From Eledone cirrhosa (lineage: Eukaryota), in contig OZ024743.1 of assembly GCA_964016885.1 (NCBI GenBank), positions 3,968,001-4,032,000 of the forward strand: DNA of 64,000 nt. Reading direction: 5' to 3'. The notes under the pieces were generated by a model. The model saw only the letters and a program-made list of their open reading frames with translations. It was not told where the DNA came from and made no database searches. Of this stretch, positions 16,190 through 29,665 are shown in pieces. The translations under genes were made by a program, and so were the position numbers. Every line of letters starts with the position of its first letter. Positions within the stretch are counted from its first letter, which is position 1.

Positions 16190-17157
16190 TTTGTTTACAT
16201 ATATCCTATCCTCCAAGATAGCCCTGAAGAAATAAATCTGGGGAGGCTTAAATCAGGGCTGTGTAATTATGATTCTCACCACATATTGTAGTTGGGGGCT
16301 TGCTACGTCCTGCTGGAAACAGAACCGATTTATTAAATAAGGATACATGGTCTGTAGCTCCTTTTTGAAATTTTCCAAGACATCCACGTTTCTTTGTGAT
16401 TGAAGCAAAGACTCCATTTTCTTAGAAGAAGAATGGACCAATCAACCCTCTCACAGAAATGGCAGCACAGACTGTACGTTTAGCCGAGAGCTGAGGTTTC
16501 ACAGTCACTTCAGTGGGCTTCTCTGTACACCAAAACACATTTTTCTTAGAGCCTATCTTTCCCTCTAAGTGAAAGTGGGTTTCGTTAGTGGTCCACAGCA
16601 AATTCAGAAGATATGTGCTGTTTTTCATCTTCCTCAGCGTTTTCTCAGCCACAGCCTTTCTTTTAGTCTTACCAGCTACAGTAAGCTTTTGTTTAGTCGG
16701 TATTCTGTAAGAGTACTTCTTAACATCCTCTTTGACAACTCTTCTGCAATTTCCTCTGGAGTAACCCAAAGATTGGCTTTTCCTACGCAACGATGTCACT
16801 AACTGCCTTGTACTCTTCCAGCGTTGCAGTAGGTAAGATAGTTCTCAGAAATTATATTGAGATTCCCCACTGTCCCATATGTCTCAAACCTCTTTATCCA
16901 GATTTGTATAATGTCTTTGAGGGGAGAATTGTCCATTCCCCCCTAAAAGGCATGGAATTGCTTCTAGACCTGCTTGTGCGAGCCATATTTATAGTAGTGT
17001 TTCATACTGTAAATCCAATGGAGGAGTTCTCATTGAAAACATGTTCTCTTCACTGACGTTGTATGTGCATGTGCTGAAATCTAAGGTTGATCAGTTACAA
17101 ATGAATATACATTGACACAAAACGTAAGCAGGGCCAGTTCTTTTTTTAGTCACTCTG
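16190..17157 (-). mobile_element. Tc1/mariner transposase pseudogene
   Basis: ORFs 16422..16799 (LWTTNETHFHLEG, ISVRGLIGPFFF) and 16253..16441 (FQQDV), followed by SPDL...GYL; the first catalytic Asp reads Asn and the frame is broken. Confidence 0.8.
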
Positions 17158-17182
17158 CCTCTGTGTATATATATATATATAT

Positions 17183-17409
17183 GTAAGAATATTTTCGAAA
17201 CAGCGAGTGGGTGTGAAATTATTAGAAATGTAAGCTATCGCCGTATTTTGACTAAAGAATTTAAAGAAATTATTTAGCCTGATAGGGGGGTTAAAATAGT
17301 GGGGTTAAATTTATTTAGCCTGATAGTGGGGTTTTAATCAAAATACGGCGATAGCTTACATTTCTAATAAATTCAAACCCACTCGCTGTTTCGAAAATAT
17401 TCTTACTTG

Positions 17410-17410
<1 letters not shown>
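17183..17410. mobile_element. Fold-back element in (TA)n; tail homologous to the tRNA-headed element at 55357..55636
   Basis: Arms about 17183..17256 and 17333..17406; gaaacag.gag.gg.t.tgaaatt...ccgtattttgactaaag.aattt..agcctgata..gggg occurs at both loci. Confidence 0.75.
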
Positions 17411-17452
<42 letters not shown>

Positions 17453-17814
17453 CCCCCCCCCCAAAAAAAAAATATATATATATGTCCTCAAAAATGTATA
17501 CACAAAGGTTGTGCATTTTAACAAATCCTGCCTGTACAGGATAACATATTTGTGGGACACCCTGTATTCATATGTATATATATATATTTATTATTACTAT
17601 ATATATATGTGTGTGTGTGTGAAAACAGGGAGAAAAAGACGATTATTAGGAAGAAAAATATTTGTTTTTCCCTTTTTATTTATTTCTCTCTTTTTTCCGG
17701 GTTAGAAAATGATTAAAATGAAATATTTTACTTTGTGTGAAGTGTTAAGGTATTAGTTGATTTATTTATTAATTAACAATGGCATTTATTTATTTATTTA
17801 AATATTTAATAATT

Positions 17815-17858
17815 GTCTATTACTGGTTTCAGCATTTTTATGCATTATCAAATGAAAA
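17815..17858 (-). ncRNA. Minimal hammerhead motif (U3-A8 core) upstream of the Penelope ORF
   Basis: Minus strand: ttttcat UUGAUAA t-gcat-aaaa-atgc-t GAAA ccag UA atagac; helix I and the helix III palindrome are partly decayed. Confidence 0.55.
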
Positions 17859-19271
17859 TATGTATTGGTGTAGAATGGTGGTGTTGGACATGTTAAATAA
17901 ATGGTGCAGAAAGAATAATGTTATTTACAAACAAGGTTTATGAAGTGAAAAGAAAAAAGAAAAAAGAAAAATAGGGGCGTATTGTGGAGCATAAGTCAAT
18001 GTGAAAGAAAAAATAATGTTATTTACAGGCATAGTTCTTGAAGATAAGCAGATCAAAATGTGAATAACAACACAAATCCTATTCAAGCGAACGAAAAAAT
18101 ACATGACACTAATACACTTACAACTTACCAAATAAAAAAACAAATTAATACCACAATGGTACACATCTCTTAAAAACAGGACATTCTCCTTTTGGAAGAT
18201 GATACAAAACAATAACAAAGCGGAGATCTAAGAAAAATGGATTAACCCATCCCCATTAATCATCCCCGCAAACTACAAATTAAATCCATCCCAAACGAAC
18301 CAGAGACACAAAGACGCCCCAGGGAACGAATGGCACTTGATAACATAAAAACCGAAATTGAACTCCTTAAATTGAGAGCCCAAGCAAATGAAGATAGGAT
18401 CAAATCAATCGACGATGAGATTAATCAAGCAATTATCAATAAAACCAAAGGCACCACCCTATGAAAATATTTCAAAACTATGGTTAGAGGACTGTAATAA
18501 GGAAGAATTAAAATCCCTTCAACGTTGGGAAATAAACGAAACCTGGTTCTCTAACTATGAAACACTTTTCCAAAAAGAACACACATCCAAGAACCCTTCA
18601 TTAAAACCATAATAACAAGAAAACTCAATCAACACCCAAACACCACACAACAACCAACAACAACAAAAAAAAACAATACCTCCCCACATACCAAAAAAAG
18701 GCATCACCTCGCCCCTACCTCCTACACCCTCCACACCACTACCACACGGATTTCCAAGCAACAAATATAGTAATAGAAAAACATCAGCTACAAGATAGAC
18801 ACTACAACTTCTCTCACACCAGGAGAAACCATAGAATACACCACACTTACAACCCTCCTAACATCCCCACACAACAAACCGACAACCATCATTACTTCCA
18901 ACATAGAACCCAAAATACACAACTACCACACATGTCACATAGGGCCTCACAACCACACACCAACTATAAGGAAACCCTAATCTACCCTCCCCCACTAACC
19001 ACACCCTACTACAAGAACACCAGCAGGGGACTATACAACAACACGAGACACCCTAACCACTACAACCACCATAACTACACACCATATAACAACAGCAGGA
19101 CTGTTGTTATTTCTCTAGTGAACTCCCACAGCGCATCCCTAAAGAATTTGTGTTGGAGGGACTCAAATTCATCTTGGAAAACAATTTCTTCGAATTCAAT
19201 GCCAAATATTACAGACAGCAATCTGGGACCGCTGTGGGCACGAAAGTAGCCCCTCATACGCCAACCTTGTC

Positions 19272-19988
19272 ATGGGATATTTGGAAACCACTCTCTACCG
19301 CAAAGTTCTAGACAAATACGGCAACCACTTCTACCAACACATAGAAAAGAACTGGAAGAGATATCTGGATGACTGCTTCATCCTCTGGCATGAAAGTATA
19401 GATAGACTGATTGAGTTCAAAACCCTTCTAAATGGACTCAACACAAACTTACAATTCACAATGGATTACAGCCATGAACAACTCCCTTTCCTCGACATCC
19501 TCATCAAGAAAACAAACAACAAAATAGAAACAGACATATACTACAAACCCACAGACTCCAAACAATACCTTCCATTCAACTCGTGCCAACCTAGACACAC
19601 CAAAATAGCAATTCCTTATAACCTAGCCAGAAGGATCTGCACATGCTACACACGACTAGAAGAATTAAAAAACACACTTATCAGCAGAAACTACCCACCA
19701 TCCTTAATCAACAATGGATTCCAACGTGCCCTAAAACTCGACATCCAGGAACTCAGACACCCCAAACACAGGAATGAACCGCAACAGAAAACTCTACCAT
19801 ACATCTCCACATACAACCCCCTCAACAATGAGGCATTCGACGCCATCCTCCAGAACATTCCTTTACTAAAAAGAGACCCAAGAATGAACAAAATCCTCCA
19901 AATAGACAACATCATAAAGAGCAAAAGACAACCTAAATCCATAAAAATATCTTCACACAAGCCAAAATCCAACAAACCCTCGCAATGA
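19272..19988 (+). pseudogene. Penelope reverse transcriptase C-terminal half and thumb (frameshifted)
   Basis: YLDD catalytic motif and LPFLDI; upstream RT motifs lie in another frame. Confidence 0.88.
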
Positions 19989-20404
19989 ACCCTACAGTAA
20001 CAAAATGCGGAAGGCCCAACTGTAGCATATGCATAAATCTAATAGAAGGTTCAACATTCCATTTTAAACAAGGACAACATTTCACAGTTAAACACAACTT
20101 TACATGTGCATCTGAAAACCTAATCTATGTTTTGACCTGCTCAGGTTGTCAAGAGCACTACATAGGACAGACAAAAAACATCCTCCGACAATGTATGACC
20201 GTCCATAAATCACAAATCAAAATACAGGAATACAGAAAGATTGCATTTAGTGAACATATCGTCAATTGTACACCCAATCAACATCCAAACTTTAAAATTT
20301 TCCCCATTTACAAATTCATAGACAACGCTACTTTCATCCATCGTACCAATAAGGAAACGTATTTCATTAACAAATTCCAACCTCTACTTAATGCACTAAA
20401 CTAA
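19985..20404 (+). pseudogene. Penelope GIY-YIG endonuclease domain
   Basis: IYVLTCSGCQEHYIGQT...H..H...E..FI.KFQPLLN. Confidence 0.88.
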
Positions 20405-20763
20405 AACTGGAACAAACAATTAAACATTTACAAATATCTATGTCTCTCTAACGAGTCACCTTCCTCACACCCTACCTAATCCTTTTTCTTAAATGAATTA
20501 AATATCATCCAGCATGAATTACCTCCCTGGCATATTATCTCTCTAAAAAGGGAAATCATATCAAACCCCAGTCCACCATTTACCTCCATAATTTTCTCTA
20601 TAATTACTAGTATAATATAAACTTCTCTATAATAACAGTAATCTTTTCTTTATATTTTTAATAATAGCATTGCACATTGTATGCACTGTGCGTGGCTTTA
20701 GTTCAGCTGGATAGATAGATGGTATTTATCATATTTGCTGTTTGTGTTTTATAAATATAATAA

Positions 20764-22619
20764 TACTAGCAGAATGGCCCGGCATTACGCGGGATTTGCT
20801 CTAGGGTATATATATATTTATCCTTATTGAGCCTTGTGAAATAAATACATTTATTTATATTTTGTTATTGTGTATGCAAACATATCTGTATATGAATATA
20901 TAATTATATATCTATCTATATATCTAAAACAGAGAATGTCTATCTGTCTGTCTGTCAGCTCACTAAAACTGGAGAACCACCCAACCGATTGTTTTCAAAC
21001 TTTACACATGTAATACTTATGGTCCTGTGAGTGTTTTGAGCAAAACATATTTCAAACTTTTAATGCCCTAGGGACCGCATTAGGCGATTTAGCGATATAT
21101 CTCTATAATTCTTAGTCTTTCTTTTTAGATAGGTACATAGATATAACGTTGCGCCCTTATAATATCTGTCTGTATGTCTGACTGTCTGCATTACGTCATT
21201 ATGATGCGATCAGTGTGTGTGTGTATATATATATATCGTAATGCAGACAGCAAGATATATAGCTTTCCTTCCCTTCTTCCAGCGTCTCTCTCTCTCTCTC
21301 TCCCGCTATCCCCCTCTTTTAGTCTGTCTGTTTCTTTCACTCTCACTCTTTCTCTTTATAACTCACTCACAGTAAAACTAAAGGGCTAAGGCATTGTTCT
21401 CAAAATAAATAATATTAAATCTATGAGATTTTTATATTATGTGAGATAAAGCCTTTACCATGAAAATAATATAGTATATATAGAGTAATGTAAATGCTAA
21501 AGGGTTAATTCCATCAGACCATGTGAGAGTTTATAATCACTCACGCACACATACACACTTACGCATGCAAACGCACACAAACTCTCACACACACGCGCGC
21601 ACATACACACACACGCAATAGTTATTCCACTGTCATGTATCTTTGACGCATACAACTCTCAAAAGACGGCGTCTGTCACTCTCTCTCTCTCTCTTTCCCG
21701 CTATCCCCCTCTTTTAGTCTGTCTGTTTCTTTCATTCTCACTCTTTCTCTATGTAACTCGTTTACATTTCTCCCCTCTATCGAAAAACGCTGTGACGAAT
21801 GGAGAGAAGGAGGAGGAGGAGTAGAGAGCCACTTCTTCACTTTGCCTCTCCGTTTCTTTCTCTCGCCTCTCACTCCCTCATTATGTACAGTCATTGGCCA
21901 CTTCACTAATTCGATCCCTAGGTCAGAATAATTTGAAATTTTCTTTTGTTCTAAAACTTCCGGGGCCATACGGGTTACATGTGTAAAGTTTGAAAAAAGA
22001 CGGTTGGGTACTTCTCGAGTTTTAGGGAAACAGACACACAGACAGACAGACATCCTCTGTTTTATATATATAGACTAGCAGAAAACCACCCACCGGGTGG
22101 TTTTCTGCTAGTCTATATATCTAAAGCAGAGAATGTCTGTCTGTCTGTCAGCTCACTAAAACTTGAGAACCATCCAACCGATTGTTTTCAAACTTTAGAC
22201 ATGTAATACTTATGGTCCTGTGAGTGTTTTGAGCAAAAATTATTTCAAATTTTCAATGCCCTAGGGACCGCATTAGGCGATTTAGCGTTCTCTCTATATA
22301 ATTCTTAGTCTTTCTTTTTAGATAGATACATAGATATAACGTTGCGCCCTTATAATATCTGTCTGTATGTCTGGCTGTCTGCATTACGTCATTATGACGC
22401 GCTCAGCGCGATTCCCTCGGCCTCAGTGACCAAAGTCAGTGGAGAGGGGAAGGTAATGTTTCTGTAGCACGTGTTTTAGCGTCTATTCACTCTCTCTCTC
22501 TCCCTCCCGCTATCCCTCTCTCGTAGTCTGTCTCTTTCTTTCACTCTCACTCTCTCTCTACGCACGTGTTTCCACTGTTGGACAGACAGAGAAATTGCTG
22601 GTTATATATATAAGTAGAT
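20764..22619. mobile_element. Cluster of non-autonomous Helitron-like elements
   Basis: Minus-strand 3' end cccgcgtaatgccggg..ttctgCTAGt at 20764..20793; 5' ends TCtatatat.taaa.cagagaatgtct(gtct)n at about 20915 and 22112; direct duplication 20915..21205 versus 22112..22400; minus-strand TC start near 22618. Confidence 0.7.
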
Positions 22620-22810
22620 AATTGTTTCTACTTTAGGCACAAGGCCAGCAAATACCCAGTGCATTACTGGTACTTTATTTTATCGACCCCGTAAGGATGA
22701 AAGGCAAAGTCAACCTCGGCGGGATTTTAACTCAGATCGTAAAGGGACGTAACTTTATGCTGGAAAGCATGGCGTCCGACCCTCTACCGATACTGCCAAT
22801 CCACCGCCCT
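22620..22810 (-). mobile_element. tRNA-derived SINE (Meta-like central domain)
   Basis: Minus strand: ggcggtggattggcagtatcggtagag (A box), gagttaaaatccc (B box), ctttgcctttcatccttacggggtcgataaaataaagtaccag, then ggccttgtgcc tail. Confidence 0.88.
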
Positions 22811-22958
22811 TTATATATATAGATAATGTAATACAATATATTCAACGTAAAATTGCAAATCACAGATAATATATATATATATATAAATATATATACATAT
22901 ATATATATTTATTTATATTTGTATATATATTTATTTATTTATATATGTAAATATACAT

Positions 22959-22989
<31 letters not shown>

Positions 22990-23322
22990 AACACACACAC
23001 ACACGCCGCACACACACACACACACTCACATATATATATATATATATGCCAGCCCACTAATAGAGAACGAAGGACAAACACGGATATGAGCTCGCCTCTC
23101 TAAATATGTATGCACAAATTTATTATTTTCCTTCTTTTTATTATTCGTATAAATATGCAACATAACTACATTATGCATACCTGGAGTTGAAAAAGCATAT
23201 AATGCTGAAACTGATATTATTAAATGCGGAAATATCACTTTATAAATAAATGTTTTGATATTATACTGAAAGAATCTCTTCAGAATTTTCTACTGAAAAA
23301 ATCTTTTTCCTCTCTACTATTT

Positions 23323-23368
<46 letters not shown>

Positions 23369-23422
23369 TTAGAAAAGGGAACACAAACATGAGATAAGCA
23401 TTTTACCTTTATCAGTTCTCTA

Positions 23423-23470
23423 CTACGGGTACATGTTTCAGCGCATTATAAACAATACATCTATCCGTAG
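23423..23470 (-). ncRNA. Decayed hammerhead relic
   Basis: Minus strand: ctacgg..[core eroded]..GAAA catg UA cccgtag; helix I and the palindromic helix III remain, CUGANGA is lost. Confidence 0.4.
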
Positions 23471-23642
23471 CGTACCCATAACTTATTATCAACACGTTAT
23501 GAGGGAAAGAAAAGACGAAAAAGAGGTGATAGCGGAGAGAGAGAGAGAGAGAGAAAACATACCGATAGAAGGGGGAAACACATGACAATGGCACATGTAA
23601 GTAGGCGAGGAGAGAGAGGACGAACTTAAAAAAATCAGTAGG

Positions 23643-23747
<105 letters not shown>

Positions 23748-26056
23748 GCATGATTGAGTGAGAGAATGAGAGAATCAGACAGAAAACAGAAATAGCGATA
23801 ATTTGAAATTAGAGAACAAAGTTGTGTGAAACACAGAAGACATGTAAAATAAAAACATGTTACAATTTAGATAGAGGGAGAAAGTGCGTGTAGAATCGTT
23901 GTGAATATAACTCTTACTTTTTCCGACACCTGCATATATTCCTCATTGGGGAGGAAAGTTTTTAGGAATAAAAACATGAAAAAATAACAGGGTATTGTAA
24001 ATTGAAAACGATGTCCTAGAAAAACAGATTATGTATGTGAGATCAACAAAAGATAAAAGATATGGTTGGATTTGCATGTGCGAACTTTGAGGAAATGGAA
24101 TAGTGTATTGTTCTCAACGCAAAGGAAACGAGATATAATATATTTAAATCGATCTGTCACAAATAACCTCCCAATGTTAATATATCATTTTCTGTGCTAG
24201 TATTATCATGATTTACTTCCATTCATCGCTGCTCCAATATAGTCGATGAAATGGGTTGATCAAATTTCCGCCAAAGAAGTGCCAATTGAGTTTCAGTTGA
24301 GCGAGCAGTTACAAGAATTCATGTAGTTGCATTCGTGCTCATTTGTGAAATAACTATTCTTTGACAACCGATTAGACTTAATCGCATTTTAAGTACAGTG
24401 CTGGCGTAAAATCCTTACACAATTTAGGCACCATATTAGAATTTTTTATACATGAATTTGTATTATCTAGTATCATACGAGTACATAAAGCAACGTTGAT
24501 TTAATGATCATATTTGTATAGCCATTCAAATTTAAAATTGGATATGCTATTAAATTCTTCCAGTTTTATGACTAGGGCTGATGAGTGTGTGTTATATTTT
24601 AATATCTACTATGGTTAAGCATTTCATTATAAAATTGTAAACCTTTTGTGAAGGCAAGCTACATCTAAGAAAAAGAACGTTATACATTGAATACTGAATT
24701 ATAGGGATTATCAGTAAGCGATTAAAACCATTATTACTATAACTCAATGTCTCATTATACTTATGATTGTGTGAAAATCTAAGGTTATATCTAGAAATGT
24801 ATCCATCCATAACGGTTTTAAATCTAATGCAATAAAAACTTAAATAGTATCCTTCATAAATATTTAGTTATATAAAGACCGCTTAGTTATATAAAGACCT
24901 CCCCACCAAAACAACCATCGTCATAAGTCCTTCAGTCAGATCTTATACAAGAAGTTTGAAATAATCCTACATCAATTGCACACAGCCGTACCAAACACAT
25001 TACTTCTTTTCTCTTTTTACTCGCGTAGCATTTCGGAAGGACACATGCAAAGTGATATTATTGTCTGAATCACTAATGAGTGAGATGATATAAGCGAAAG
25101 CGTTTAGTTATAAGTAGAAAGTTTAGTTATAGATGTATAGACATACACGATAGGAAGCTTGAATAGACTACAAATATTTTAACATATATATTGTGAATCT
25201 ATTCTGTTACTGACAAGAAATTATTCAATAACTTTAGGTGTACTACACCTCTATTTTCAATAATATTAGGATCCGGAATTTATTTATTAACTGACCGTAA
25301 ATCTGATTTGGCAGAATATATGCCTTACCGACATGTTGGCCAAAATATAACAATGTTCCTTAAGCATTATAGAAAGAGTCTATTATATTTGTGGCAGCAG
25401 CCTTATCTTTTAGGTTGATAGATTCATAGGAATTATCATGGGATTCTTTTGATTTTGCTGATACTATTAAGTAATAATTTGCTATACATGATTTACTGTA
25501 AACTACAATCGTATTAGAATTAACATGTATCTAAACCTAGCCAAGGAATATAGTTGGTTGTTTGAATGAATCGGGAATATGCTACTATATCTATTTATTT
25601 TAGTCTTTTGATGAATAAATGTAGCTATGGCAGATTGGGTTATTTGCTATAAAAATATTAAAATTACTGAAGAAGAAGAAGAAGAAGAAGAAATGGTACA
25701 TCTTTTCGCATCCAAGCAAAAATAAAAAAACCATTCGATACAAAAATAGTGCATAAACTATGAAGTTTAGCTGTATAAATGGTAAGCAACATTGTATGAT
25801 TCTAAAATACGACGTAGCAGCGTCTTACACTTATAAGTATAGCAAAACAATTTCTGGCGTGTCTATTGGAATACAATACGAAACTGGTATATGAGAAATG
25901 ACTAGTCTTCTAATTATATGCATAGGTATCCACACACACACACACTAATAACTACGATGTGAGGAAGGGTGTGATAACAACCACACGAAATCATGTTAAT
26001 TATTTACGATACTGTCCATGTATATTTAGAATAAAAACATACATACACACACATGT

Positions 26057-26111
<55 letters not shown>

Positions 26112-26226
26112 TATATGTGTGTATGTATATATATATATACAGTTGTTGTATGGTCGCAATAAATGCGTCCGTAGGCGGTATGCCGTTCGAGCGCTCGATG
26201 ATGATGCATCACTGATTCCTCATTAT

Positions 26227-26307
<81 letters not shown>

Positions 26308-26309
<2 letters not shown>

Positions 26310-26651
26310 AGTATATGTTGGTTGTATACCAACACCTCAGTATGCAGGCTGGAACACTCGACGAAGTGCGCAGGTTGGTTTGGTTACTCCGGAGTAATGT
26401 AAAATAAAATAAAATAAATAAGTCAAATATGATTCCAGTTCCTCAGTGAAATAACAACCCAACCAGGAACTGGACATATCAGAGTATTGAGAAAGTTATA
26501 CACCTCAACAACATGTGTACTCGTCTCTACCACACTAATTCGGACTGCCTGAAGAGGTCACAGCCAAAGATGGCTGTCACCGAAATATATATATAGCAGT
26601 AATAAACGAAGCCAAATTTTAAACATTTGACTTATTTATTTTATTTTATTT

Positions 26652-26658
<7 letters not shown>
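26308..26658 (+). mobile_element. Short Penelope-type insertion in (TA)n with inverted terminal segment and HHR
   Basis: aaaataaaataaaataaataagtcaaat (26401..26428) is the reverse complement of the sequence starting near 26625; (TA)n on both sides. Confidence 0.65.
26544..26600 (+). ncRNA. Intact minimal type I hammerhead ribozyme
   Basis: actgc CUGAAGA ggtcacagcca-aaga-tggctgtcacc GAAA tatatata UA^ gcagt; perfect 5-bp helix I, 10 of 11 pairs in helix II, predicted cleavage after 26595. Confidence 0.85.
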
Positions 26659-26700
<42 letters not shown>

Positions 26701-26707
<7 letters not shown>

Positions 26708-26760
26708 GTGAGGTTTTTTTACAAAATGAAAAAAAAACCGAGGTGTCCTACACGAGTGAA
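26701..26760 (-). mobile_element. Terminal fragment of the family forming the 56572..57669 palindrome
   Basis: ttagaaagtgaggttttttt.acaaaatgaaaaa..accgaggtgtcctacacgagtg occurs at 26701 and 56572, each directly after (TA)n. Confidence 0.75.
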
Positions 26761-28156
26761 TGTATAAGGAAAATCAATAATTAATATCCACTCGCATTAG
26801 AATATATATTTTCTTTTTATTGCAAATAGTTGTAAGGCAGCTTCTGTAGTGCTTTCTTGAATTGAAATCAGTTATACTTGCTCTGCCAAAATAAAGTTTA
26901 AATTAAAGACATAAAAAAATGGCTTGCTCTGTTTGAATATAATGTATCGATTTTACAATAAATATTTTTTTCCTGCTCGCTCCAGACTCTCTTTTTTGGG
27001 GGGGGGGGGGGGGGGGGAAGATAATTTGTGCATATGTTTAAGTATCAATAGAATTGACTGAGTGCATATTTTTACTATTTAAGTTCTTCCTTTTTAAAAT
27101 ATTCTGTATGGTTTTCCTTTTGTGCAAAATTATTTGTCTCTTCTTTCCAAAAGTTATGAAGCGTTTAAAAAAAATTCTTTCAGAACATTCACAGGGCAAC
27201 TAGTGATGATTCAGCGTTATTGATTGTATTACATGTGAAGGCTATTTAAGCAAAGGGGCTAGGTATTGGAACAATATATTTACATATCCTTAATTCAAAT
27301 ACACGGTTTCTGTTCCGTCGTGATACTGTTATCAACACTACTGAATCTAAATTAACTGCAAATATCATGTACCAAGTCATATAAGGATGAGCTTACATGA
27401 CCTTGTATACAAGAATGGCCTTATATCACCTTGAGAGAGACTGACATCCTATGTAACGGAAATATATCACTCAACCTTCTGCGTGGGCAGAAATAAAAGA
27501 AACTGTATGAGAGTTTCCTTTTAGAGTTACCCGAAGAAAAGAGTATCAAAAGACCGTCAATACAAAGTAGCACGTTTGAAATAAACCTCGAAAGCGATGT
27601 AGAAAAATTATTTTCTTTGCGTAAACAAAACAAAGAGCTGCGTAGCTTTCCTCAGGGCCTTGAATTTGCCATGAATGTATCCTGCAAGAAGGATCTACAA
27701 TTGTGCTCTGTCGAAAATGGGCAGCAAAACGCAGATACAACGACGTATCACCTGTACTTTAGAACTGACCCATATTCATTAGACCCATATTCATCACCAC
27801 CATTAATTCATATGATTCATATAATTTTGTGTTGAAACTTCGTTTCCAATGTCAGTTGGTCATATTGTAATATATCTGCGTATACGAATGTATTTGCATT
27901 TGAAAATGCGTGGACACACTCAGAACATATGAAAATATGTAAACAAGTATATATGAGAAGTTTTATTAAACGATAGCATGCTGAAAAATTGCAGAACTAT
28001 TCTTCATCACAAATATACAAATTAACTAATAGTATTTTGTTAGTTTAAAAACTGAAAGAACTGTGGTTCCTATAATATTACATGTTTCGGGTTAAATTAT
28101 TAGATAGGCCATTACTTGTTTAGTATGACATTATGATCATGCAGTATCCCTAGCCA

Positions 28157-28320
28157 ATGGCGGCGAATTTGCAGAATTATTAGAACGACGTATAGAATGC
28201 TTTGAGGTATTCGTTTCGACCTTTTGCTCTTTCAGTTTAAATTCCTCTGGGATCAGCGTTGCCTTTCATCCATTAGAGGTCGATGAAAAAGTACCAGTCA
28301 AGTACTTGGGTCGATTCTTC
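28157..28320 (+). mobile_element. Decayed tRNA-derived SINE
   Basis: ggcggcgaatttgcagaattattag...ttgcctttcatcc...ggtcgatgaaaaagtaccag. Confidence 0.75.
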
Positions 28321-29489
28321 CTCTATATCTCTTTCTCAGTCACTTTCTGTCACTCTCTCTCTGTCTTTCTCTGGCAGAAATTTATTGTATTCTGACCTGG
28401 AGAGGAGATGGGCTCCATCAGGTTTTAATGAAATGCCCTAGACACACCGCATCTCGATACAGCTTCCCTACGACTCTCTTATGAATTACGGGACCAAGAA
28501 AGAAAGAAATTACTAGGCAAAATTGGTGAGACCACCAGTAATTCTGATTTTGCTGGCTGATAAGAGTCTTCTAAATTGACAAACTACACACACGCTGATA
28601 AGATTGTTTCGCATCCTGCCAATCAGTGAATATGATTAGGTGCGAGACTGAGTGTAACTGAAAAAAAACCGTTGTTTGCAATCTTAAGTACACCAGTTTG
28701 TAAATTCTGTAGAAGCAACATCGTTCTGTTAAATGTTCTATATTAAATATATTCTTATATTTTAGTTCTGCTAATTGAAACATAACTTTTATGTTTGACA
28801 TGGTTCATATAGCTGTTTTGGTGAATTGTAAGAAAAAAAACTGAAGATATATCAATGTCATTATTTTGCAATCAAGGCAAATTGTCGGTTAATATGCTAG
28901 ATTTCCGAGGTGTTCGATAACACCACAGTGGCGTAATCTGCATTTACTGACACAGAATTTCGAGTGCGATGCTCTGCTACGTGTTAAATCTCCGGAATTA
29001 AGCGCTGGATGGTGGAGCCAGTTCCGATTCTTTGAATTTAATGACAATGCATTTAAATATTAGAGTTTTTCTCTCTGTTATTGATTGCCAAAACCTCAGG
29101 CGGAACACTTACGTCGATTCAGGTTTTGTCTCTTTTTACAAGTTGATGAATGTCTTAATATCATTAGCGAAAGCAAAAGCGACATTTTGAAAATAAACTT
29201 TTCTAACAAAAGCTTTCTAACAAAATCTTAAAAGACGGTGACGATGTTTGGAGAGGCCAGCTAAAAACAAAAACAGGAGTGATTAATAGGAGGTCATTCA
29301 AAAAAGTGTAAATGTAGTTTGCATGAAGATCTCCCTCTTACCACTCTTCCCCGCCTACACCAACAATAAAATAACGAAAACACCACATAACATATATCCT
29401 TTCATTGACTAACGTATTAGCAGTATTAATGAAATAAAAGCACGGAGAAACATGAAAGAGCACTACACATTATTGCAAGAAGTACAATC

Positions 29490-29513
29490 AACAATAACAA
29501 TGAAAACACCACC

Positions 29514-29544
<31 letters not shown>

Positions 29545-29665
29545 CCACCACACAACAACAATAAAAAAAGAACACCATCAAATATCACTGAAACCAACAA
29601 CACCAGCAGCACTAATGGCAATTACATGACCAACAACAACAACAGCAACGGCAACAACAGCATCA
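29490..29665. repeat. (CCA)n/(CAA)n low-complexity tract
   Basis: Seen directly; explains the poly-Pro/Asn ORF 29452..29802. Confidence 0.85.

Larger units (their letters stand above)
17620..20404 (+). mobile_element. Penelope-like retroelement (Neptune-like), internally deleted, with an inverted HHR-bearing segment (probable pLTR) at its 5' side
   Basis: RT motifs SGTAVGTKVAP..ANLVMGYLE, WKRYLDDCF, LPFLDI and YYKPTD; Cys linker CGRPNCSIC; GIY-YIG NLIYVLTCSGCQEHYIGQT; C-terminal FINKFQPLLN. Confidence 0.9.
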
